This document shows, piece after piece, positions 57,635 to 64,000 of a DNA stretch of 64,000 nt (position 1 is the first letter of the stretch; each line of letters opens with the position of its first letter). A model generated the notes under the pieces. It saw only the letters and a program-made list of their open reading frames with translations, made no database searches and was not told the origin of the DNA. Source of the stretch: an uncultured Alphaproteobacteria bacterium. Lineage in GTDB: Bacteria > Pseudomonadota > Alphaproteobacteria > CAAHEQ01 > UBA3637. The stretch spans positions 33,646 through 97,645 of the forward strand of contig CALXZG010000002.1 in NCBI GenBank assembly GCA_944393195.1. Direction: 5' to 3'. Both the position numbers and the translations under genes were made by a program.

Positions 57635-57722
57635 GAATTTGAAAAAAATACTTGACTTTTAGTATTTTGAGGTGTATAAAAAAGACCTCTGTTTTTTTTA
57701 ATATCATTCATTGGGGAATAAA

Positions 57723-57989
57723 ATGGCCAATATCAAGTCTGCTAAAACGCGTATCAAACGCAACAAAAAACGTGAAAAAATCAATCTGGATCGCTTGAAC
57801 GCTGTCCGGACGGAAGAAAAGAAGGCGCGCAAAGCAATTGCCGCCGGTGATAAAGAAGCGGCTAAAACGGCCGTGAAATCTGCCGAAGCGGCGTTGGCTC
57901 GCGCCGCCGGTAAAGGGACTGTTCATAAAAAGACGGCTTCCCGTCATACATCTCGGTTGGTGCAAGCGTTGAAAAAGTTATTCAGCTAA
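57723..57989 (+). CDS. rpsT: 30S ribosomal protein S20
   Basis: Start at the ATG at 57723 (MANIKSAKTRIKRNKK). Confidence 0.95.
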   Translation: MANIKSAKTRIKRNKKREKINLDRLNAVRTEEKKARKAIAAGDKEAAKTAVKSAEAALARAAGKGTVHKKTASRHTSRLVQALKKLFS

Positions 57990-58010
57990 GCTTGACGATT
58001 TTTTTAGAAA

Positions 58011-58038
58011 AGCGTTCCGTTTCGGGACGCTTTTTTTT
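58011..58038 (+). terminator. rpsT terminator, sequence-identical to the recA terminator (42550-42577, minus strand)
   Basis: AGCGTTCCG-TTT-CGGGACGCT followed by T8. This is the first element of the duplicated family 5' module. Confidence 0.8.
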
Positions 58039-58481
58039 GTTGGGCAGGAAAGTTTTTGTGATAACAGGGCGTTGTTATTTTTCCGTCATCCCTGCGCAGG
58101 CGGGGATTTTTGGACGCACAACCACACCTTTAAAAGACCCCCGATCAGGTCGGGGGTGACAGGGTACTTGTGGATCGGGGATTTTTTTACATATCGCCAT
58201 ACAATAGAAACGGTATTCACGGCATTAGTCCGTGAATCTGTCCCTATTTTACTTTTTTCTGATTTTGGGTCACTCCCAATCTAAATGATTTATCAAACAG
58301 ATGTCAAATGAAGTGTAACAATTTAATGTACCTTAAAATGTTACAGTTTTTATAACATAATCAGGAATGCGATGCAAGTCCTTTTTTATTAAGAATTAAT
58401 CGGTTATCGATTTGTCATTTTTTGTCCAAACTGTAACACAAAAGGGTACATTTTTGTGTTACAGTTCGAAAGGAGTATTAA
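58039..58481 (+). promoter_or_regulatory. 5' control region of pilin-like gene B
   Basis: Conserved module 58183-58346, with a roughly 110-nt mini-repeat insertion at 58072-58182. Site 1 lies at 58313-58346. Site 2, ctgtaacacaaaagggtacatttttgtgttacag, lies at 58431-58464 (13-bp arms), followed by the AAAGGAG RBS. Confidence 0.5.
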
Positions 58482-59741
58482 ATGACTGAAATCAAAATGG
58501 AAAATGGTCTGAGTATGGTTGAGATGTTGGGTGTTCTGGCGGTGGCGGGTGTCCTGTCGATTGGCGGTGTGGCCGGATATCGGTATGCGATTGATAAAAT
58601 GAATGCGAATGACATTATCAACGAAGTGCGGAAACGGGCCGTGACGGCAAGTCAACAACGCATCTTGGGACACGATATTAATTTATCGGAATACGGGGAT
58701 AATGGCCGGATTAAAGGAATTCATGCCGTTACAGCGACAAACGATTATGCTGGGGATAAAGGGTTCTTTGCGTTAACGGTATCAGCAGTCCCGCAACGGG
58801 TATGTGATGACATCCTGAAACAGGATTGGGCAATGCCGGTAGAAACCGCCGTCGGTGGTGTTGTGGTCGATGATGATACCGCCTGCGCCGAAGGGGATAA
58901 TGAGATGTTGTTTGCGTTTGCGAATACGTTGGATAATTCGTTGGTCCCGGGAGAAGGGGGAGGAGAGAACGGAGATGAATCGGAAGTACAGGAATGCGCC
59001 GAGGGCGAATATTGGTCATCAAGTTTAGAAACATGTGTGACAGACCCGCATACGGAGTGCGCGGATGGGGAGTTTTATAATGGATATACAAACTCCTGTA
59101 CGGCTTGTCCAACAGATGGAAATGCCGTTCCAAATGATTCATTAGATATGGAAGATACGTGTGAAAAATGCGTAGGGTCGCGGTATGGTGGATCTCATCC
59201 CGGCTATTGTGTCTATTGTCCGGATGGCGTTACCTGTGGCGATCAATGTTGTGGCGAAGGACAAATGTGTCAACGTAGTGGTCCTTATCCGTATACATTT
59301 ACCTGTGTCTCTGCATTAGGGACAAATGAATGTATGACGAATGATGATTGTACGGGAGCAAATCAATATTGCCAGAATGATTCTGGTTGTAGTGCGACAA
59401 ATGGGACGTGTCAAACGATCAGTAGTACGACGGTGACGATTAACGAAAAAACATACACAGCATCGACAGATCGTATGTCGTATCATGCGGCAGAGAACTT
59501 CTGTGATGCGCTTGGGAAAAAATTAGCACCGGTGACAGACGGGTGTACATCGGAAGAATTGGCAGCGGTTAAAGCAAACAATTATTATGGCAGTTGCACA
59601 GGATGGGCACACACGACGGGTAGGTATTATTGGACAAGTACGAAGATAAGCGGGTGTCATTCGTATTATGTAAGCAATAGCAGTTCAGGCGCGGTCGGGT
59701 CTGTCCATCCGTTCGTCGGCTACCACGCCCTTTGTCGCTAA
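58482..59741 (+). CDS. modular type-IV-pilin-like protein with Cys-rich repeats and lectin-like C-terminal module (copy B, canonical)
   Basis: 419 aa. The N-terminus MTEIKMENG-LSMVEMLGVLAVAGVLSIGGVAGYRY has Gly at -1, Glu at +5 and a hydrophobic helix. The downstream architecture matches copy A. Confidence 0.85.
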   Translation: MTEIKMENGLSMVEMLGVLAVAGVLSIGGVAGYRYAIDKMNANDIINEVRKRAVTASQQRILGHDINLSEYGDNGRIKGIHAVTATNDYAGDKGFFALTVSAVPQRVCDDILKQDWAMPVETAVGGVVVDDDTACAEGDNEMLFAFANTLDNSLVPGEGGGENGDESEVQECAEGEYWSSSLETCVTDPHTECADGEFYNGYTNSCTACPTDGNAVPNDSLDMEDTCEKCVGSRYGGSHPGYCVYCPDGVTCGDQCCGEGQMCQRSGPYPYTFTCVSALGTNECMTNDDCTGANQYCQNDSGCSATNGTCQTISSTTVTINEKTYTASTDRMSYHAAENFCDALGKKLAPVTDGCTSEELAAVKANNYYGSCTGWAHTTGRYYWTSTKISGCHSYYVSNSSSGAVGSVHPFVGYHALCR

Positions 59742-60300
59742 GGTTCCCGCTTTTTTAATATCTCCTTTACCTATTTAATTATTTGTGTCGGGGCATTTAA
59801 GAGCCCCGACACGGGCAAAGAGGTCATTATGGCCGCCCCCGCTTTCCCCGCGGGGGTGGCCGTGCGCGTTTTTTATAAAGGGATGGAGTGCGTGTCATGA
59901 GATCCTCGGGTCAAGCCCAAGGATGACAGTTTTATAATAAGGGATTGTGTTAAAAGATTCCCGCTTGCGCGGGAATGACGAGATATTTATATGGGATGAC
60001 GTAGGAGGGGAGGAGTGAGGTGGTTGAAAGATCCTCGCTTACGCAAGGATACCGCGCAAGAAAAAACAATCCGGTGAATTGTTTTTTCGCGTAAGGCAAT
60101 GAAACACCTCGCGCCAAGGCAGCGGAAGTCGCCGTCGGCAAGCGGATGTTGGAATTGGAAAGGTGTGTGCGTCATGAGACCCCCGATCAAGTCGGGGATG
60201 ACGGATTACTTATGGGGTCGGGGATGACGGATTACTTATGGGGTCGGGGATGACGGGGTATTTATAGGGGGGGGTGACGGAGGCAGGGAACGAGGTGTGG
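59742..60300 (+). repeat. 3' flank and dense repeat array, including 2.3 tandem copies of a 26-nt unit at 60197-60256
   Basis: Contains the hairpin gtgtcggggc...gccccgacac, the roughly 130-nt unit at 60030-60160, catgagacccccgatcaagtcggggatgacgg, and tandem gatgacggattacttatggggtcggg units. Confidence 0.8.
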
Positions 60301-60306
60301 GGGAAA

Positions 60307-61242
60307 TCAGGTGAGAGGGGTACCCGGGGTGGTGAGGAATTTTTCCGCGCTGAGCGCTGCGATCGCGCCGGAACCGGCGGCGATGATGGCTTGGCGGTGG
60401 ATGACCTCTTGGCAATCTCCGGCCGCAAAAACGCCGGCGATAGAGGTGGCACCCGTATATTTTTGTGTCATGAGGTAACCGTTTTCATCCATCGCGAGTT
60501 GTCCGGTAAACAGTTGGGTGTTCGGGATGTGGCCGATTGCTTCAAAGACACCGTCGGCATCAAGGGTTGTTTCCAGTCCCGTTTGGGTGTGCCGGCAGCG
60601 GACACCGGTTAATTTTTCCGTACCGAGAAAAGCGGTCACTTCGGTTTCCCAAATGATGGTAATTTTCGGTTCTTGATGGACTTGCTGAATCAGATTATGT
60701 TCGCCGGTTAAACGGTTGCCGCGGGCGATAATGGTGACGGAGGCAGCGACTTTGGCCAAAAAAAGGGCTTCGTATGCGGCTGTATTGCCGTCGCCGATGA
60801 TAATGACTTTTTTGTTCCGATAGAAAAAGCCGTCGCAGGTGGCGCAGACGGAAATGCCTTTGCCGCGGAAGGTGTCTTCGCCGGGGGCGTGCAGCCAGCG
60901 CGGGCTGGCTCCGGTTGCGATAATCAAGGTATCGGCTGCCCAAACCGTGCCGGCGTTCGTTGTGATGTGGAAAGGACGTTTTGTCAGGTCGGCTTTTTCG
61001 GCGCGTTCCATGATGATGCGGGTGCCAACGGCTTGGGCCTGTTGTTGGAAAGTGGTCATCAGATCGGCGCCGGATATATTGGTATAACCGGGGTAGTTTT
61101 CGATTTCGTGTGTCAGCATCAGTTGGCCGCCGGGGGTTGATCCGGTCAACAGAGTGGTGGTTAAGCCGGCACGGGCAGCATAAATGCCGGCGGCGTAACC
61201 CGCCGGGCCGGCACCTAAAATTAAAACGTGTGTATCAGGCAT
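60307..61242 (-). CDS. trxB: thioredoxin reductase
   Basis: 311 aa. Contains the FAD motif GAGPAGYAAGIYAARA and the redox-active CATCDG. Confidence 0.95.
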   Translation of the reverse strand: MPDTHVLILGAGPAGYAAGIYAARAGLTTTLLTGSTPGGQLMLTHEIENYPGYTNISGADLMTTFQQQAQAVGTRIIMERAEKADLTKRPFHITTNAGTVWAADTLIIATGASPRWLHAPGEDTFRGKGISVCATCDGFFYRNKKVIIIGDGNTAAYEALFLAKVAASVTIIARGNRLTGEHNLIQQVHQEPKITIIWETEVTAFLGTEKLTGVRCRHTQTGLETTLDADGVFEAIGHIPNTQLFTGQLAMDENGYLMTQKYTGATSIAGVFAAGDCQEVIHRQAIIAAGSGAIAALSAEKFLTTPGTPLT

Positions 61243-61278
61243 GTGTTGTTTCCTTCTGATACGTTATATAGGGTGTGA

Positions 61279-61755
61279 TCAGATGTATTGCACGGATAAA
61301 ATTTCGTACGATTTTTCCCCTTTGGGAGTTTTAACCTCAACCAAATCACCGAGTTCTTTGCCGATCAGGGCTTTGGCCAGTGGGGAAAGCAGAGAAATCA
61401 GGCCTTTTTCCAAGTTGGCTTCATACTGACCGACGATTTGGTAGGTGGATTCTTGTTCGGTATCGGCATCAGAGAGGGTGACGGTGGCACCGAACAGGAT
61501 TTTATCGCCCGACAGGGTTTTGGTATCGATGACTTGGGCATGAGACAGCGCGCCTTCCAATTCCATAATGCGGCCTTCGATAAAGCTTTGTTGTTCACGG
61601 GCAGAGTGGTATTCCGCGTTTTCGGACAAGTCACCGTGGCCGCGGGCTTCTTCAATAGCGGCCACAATACGGGGGCGTTCTTCGAATTTCAATCGTTTCA
61701 ATTCCGTATTTAATTCTTCGTATCCTTTACGGGTCATGGGTACTTTTTCTTCCAT
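61279..61755 (-). CDS. greA: transcription elongation factor GreA
   Basis: Start moved to 61755 after AAGGAG. Contains [23 protein letters not shown]. Confidence 0.93.
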   Translation of the reverse strand: MEEKVPMTRKGYEELNTELKRLKFEERPRIVAAIEEARGHGDLSENAEYHSAREQQSFIEGRIMELEGALSHAQVIDTKTLSGDKILFGATVTLSDADTEQESTYQIVGQYEANLEKGLISLLSPLAKALIGKELGDLVEVKTPKGEKSYEILSVQYI

Positions 61756-61961
61756 GGTATTCTCCTTTATTTTCAAATTAAAAAAGATACCGCGGGCCTG
61801 ACGGACAGGTCGCGATATATGTATGAATGATGTTAGTATAAGCCTTTTTCAAAAAAAATGCAACCCCTATCAAGACCGCAGAAAGGCTGGGGTTATTCAT
61901 TTTTGTTGCTTTTTGTTTTATTTGCCTGTATACTAACCCCCTATACGAAAGGAACCAATGT

Positions 61962-63518
61962 ATGAAAAAAATCAATCCTGTTTTAATTTCCGGAAAAGAA
62001 GTTATCCCTTTAATTGAAGGCGGTAAAGGTATTGCCGTATCCGATGGGCAATCGTCGGGCGCTTGGGCCGCGGCGGGGGCGGTCGGGACTATTTCCGGTG
62101 TCTTTGCGGACATTGTGGATGAGAAAGGAAACGTGGTTCCGAAGGTGTATACGCGCAAGTCGCGGAAAGAGCGGCATGATGAATTGATTGAAATGTCCAT
62201 TAAGGGTGGGATTTCTCAGGCCAAGATTGCGCATGAAATTGCCGGCGGTAACGGGCGGATTCACATGAATGTGCTATGGGAAATGGGGGGATCTCTGCCG
62301 ATTTTGGAAGGTGTGATGAATTCGTGCGAAAACTTGGTCGTCAGCTTAAAACAAAAGGCGCCCGAAAAGTATCAGGAACGGTTATCGGCCGTTGGGGAAC
62401 GGGTTCAGAAAACGTTGGGGGCTTTGCGGTTTCAGTATCAAAAACGGTTAGGGGAAGCCATTCCGGTGGTGGATGGTGTTTTGGGAGAAGTCAAAAACTT
62501 AATCCACGGGTTAACATGTGGGGCGGGAATGCCGTACAAGTTAGCGGAAATAGCCTCTAAATACGGGATTTTTTATTATCCGATTGTATCGTCGGCACGG
62601 GCTTTCCGGGCTTTGTGGTTGCGGAGTTATAAGAATTGTGCCGAATGGTTGGGCGGTGTTGTGTATGAGGATCCTTGGTTGGCGGGCGGACATAACGGGC
62701 TGTCAAACTCAGAGGATCCGGAAAAGCCGGAGCGGCCGTATGAACGGTTGGTGGCTTTGCGCTCTCAAATGAATGAATACGGATTACAGACGACGCCGAT
62801 TATTTTGGCGGGTGGTGTTTGGAATCTGAGCGAATTTGAGGACTACATTGATAATCCGGAAATCGGGCCGTTGGCTTTTCAATTGGGAACGCGGCCGTTG
62901 TTAACGCAGGAAAGTCCGGTGGCTAAGGCTTGGCAAGGATGTTTGCGGGGCTTAAAAAAAGGCGATGTGGTGTTGCAACAATTTTCGCCGACCGGTTTTT
63001 ATTCGTCGGCAGTGCGTAACAAATTTTTACAGGGATTATTTGACCGGAAAGATACGGAAATGCCGTATACGGAAAAGCCGGAGGGAATTTTTGTTAAACC
63101 GTTCAAAGTGTCGGAAGCGCATACGGTCTATTTAACGGAACATGATCGGCGGCGGGCGGACAAGTACTTAAAAGGCGGAAAACCGCATGCGGTACGGACA
63201 CCGGATTCTTCACTCATCTTTTTATCGGATGAGGAAGATGCGCAGATAAAAGCCGATCGGGCGGCGTGTGTCGGATGTTTGTCGGCGTGTGCTTTTTCGG
63301 GATGGTCGCAGGCAAACGGGCATTTGGATCGGTTACCGGATGCGCGGTCATTCTGTATTACCAAAACATTGACGGCCATTGCGCACGGGGAAAGCATTGA
63401 TAACAACCTGATGTTCGCGGGGCATTCGGCGTATCGGTTCGGAACGGATCCGATGTATAAAAACGGACATATTCCGACTGTGGCCGAATTAATTGACGCT
63501 TTGTTGGCAGGAAAATAA
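61962..63518 (+). CDS. nitronate monooxygenase (NPD/FMN-dependent oxidoreductase) family protein, long form
   Basis: 518 aa. TIM-barrel FMN-binding-like blocks are present (GGKGIAVSDG..., ILAGGVWN). An upstream promoter reads TTGCTT-17-TATACT. The family assignment is from memory only. Confidence 0.5.
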   Translation: MKKINPVLISGKEVIPLIEGGKGIAVSDGQSSGAWAAAGAVGTISGVFADIVDEKGNVVPKVYTRKSRKERHDELIEMSIKGGISQAKIAHEIAGGNGRIHMNVLWEMGGSLPILEGVMNSCENLVVSLKQKAPEKYQERLSAVGERVQKTLGALRFQYQKRLGEAIPVVDGVLGEVKNLIHGLTCGAGMPYKLAEIASKYGIFYYPIVSSARAFRALWLRSYKNCAEWLGGVVYEDPWLAGGHNGLSNSEDPEKPERPYERLVALRSQMNEYGLQTTPIILAGGVWNLSEFEDYIDNPEIGPLAFQLGTRPLLTQESPVAKAWQGCLRGLKKGDVVLQQFSPTGFYSSAVRNKFLQGLFDRKDTEMPYTEKPEGIFVKPFKVSEAHTVYLTEHDRRRADKYLKGGKPHAVRTPDSSLIFLSDEEDAQIKADRAACVGCLSACAFSGWSQANGHLDRLPDARSFCITKTLTAIAHGESIDNNLMFAGHSAYRFGTDPMYKNGHIPTVAELIDALLAGK

Positions 63519-63520
63519 AA

Positions 63521-63916
63521 ATGGATCGATCGATTGGGCGGGACTACCTCATTGTGAGTGTGATGGTTATCGCCAGCATTTTTATTGCTATGGAAGGAAA
63601 GAAAACGGTTGAAGCCGAGGAAGCCGCGCGGCGGGCTAAAACACAGGCGCAATATGCGCAAGGTGCCGGTCGGAAGCAGGCTTGGTTGGCGGCTTGGAAA
63701 GCGCGACGGGACGGATTGACGGGGCCACGGCGGGTTTTTGTTCCGTATCAGGAACCTTTGCCGGCTATTTTAGGGGGAAAACCGAATAACGCGGCGCAGA
63801 AAGTCGCGGATCCGTTTTCAGAGATGATGAAGCCATGGCGGGTGTTGCGCGGGGGCTATTTCGGGGAAGAAAAGGCGATATCGGCCGGGATATTTTCGGA
63901 GTTGGTTCGGGAGTAA
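63521..63916 (+). CDS. hypothetical membrane protein
   Basis: 131 aa with one hydrophobic helix near the N-terminus. Translationally adjacent to the upstream gene. Confidence 0.45.
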   Translation: MDRSIGRDYLIVSVMVIASIFIAMEGKKTVEAEEAARRAKTQAQYAQGAGRKQAWLAAWKARRDGLTGPRRVFVPYQEPLPAILGGKPNNAAQKVADPFSEMMKPWRVLRGGYFGEEKAISAGIFSELVRE

Positions 63917-64000
63917 CGAAACAGAAAAAGCAGCGGTTATTGCCGGTGAGAGGGACCGTCTTTGGGTGGGGGATGCATTAAAAGCTTGTATTTAAAAACA

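Noticed and set aside
51585-59741. Diversity-generating retroelement hypothesis, prompted by the lectin-like variable C-termini
   Set aside because: The window contains no reverse transcriptase ORF and no template/variable repeat pair with adenine-specific differences. Variation between copies is spread over the whole C-terminal half and is block-wise.
60197-60256. Tandem 26-nt repeats, considered as a possible CRISPR array
   Set aside because: There are only about 2.3 directly abutting copies with no spacers, and no cas genes. This is a tandem duplication of a mini-repeat module. The 30-bp-period array at 8120-8197 also lacks spacers of unique sequence.

Overview
The window reads like an origin-proximal chromosomal segment of an Alphaproteobacteria-type genome. 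Supporting signs are rsmG-parA-parB with two parS-like sites, a DnaA-box cluster between divergent cysS and dnaQ, ChvI/ChvG-like two-component genes, rph/grpE and hpf-ptsN neighbourhoods, and a GTTC-N7-GTTC motif at recA. I can support about 55 CDS. Most are housekeeping: ndk, rbfA, truB, holA, lptE, miaA, rho, radC, map, cysS, dnaQ, rsmG, parAB, xseA, dnaE, thrS, rplS-trmD-rimM-rpsP-ffh, galE, sodB, frr, uppS, recA, rdgB, rph, grpE, ptsN, hpf, hemW, accA, rpsT, trxB and greA. There are also three tRNAs (Glu-CUC, Leu-GAG, Thr-CGU) and one MazEF-type toxin-antitoxin pair. Six things stand out. (1) A five-locus family encodes type-IV-pilin-like proteins with a Cys-rich middle and a lectin-like C-terminal module. 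Two copies are intact, one lacks its 5' end, one is scrambled across both strands, and one is a gene-less 5' module flanked by a perfect 23-bp inverted repeat. All five sit between convergent genes and share a conserved 5' module with TGTAACA/TGTTACA palindromes. This looks like a recombinational surface-variation system, but no recombinase is encoded in the window. (2) Short palindromic GATGACGG-type mini-repeats are dense around these loci, and a 159-nt block of them is inserted in frame into one prepilin leader. (3) Two tandem basic proteins between dnaE and thrS are built from reiterated HNH-like units, with only one intact HNH motif each. (4) Two arrays of three TAATTAC-N4-TAATTAC boxes lie upstream of two envelope-type genes. 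(5) A small AT-rich islet next to tRNA-Glu is bounded by direct repeats. (6) A candidate oriC lies near the parS sites. All identity estimates were made by eye and no database search was possible.
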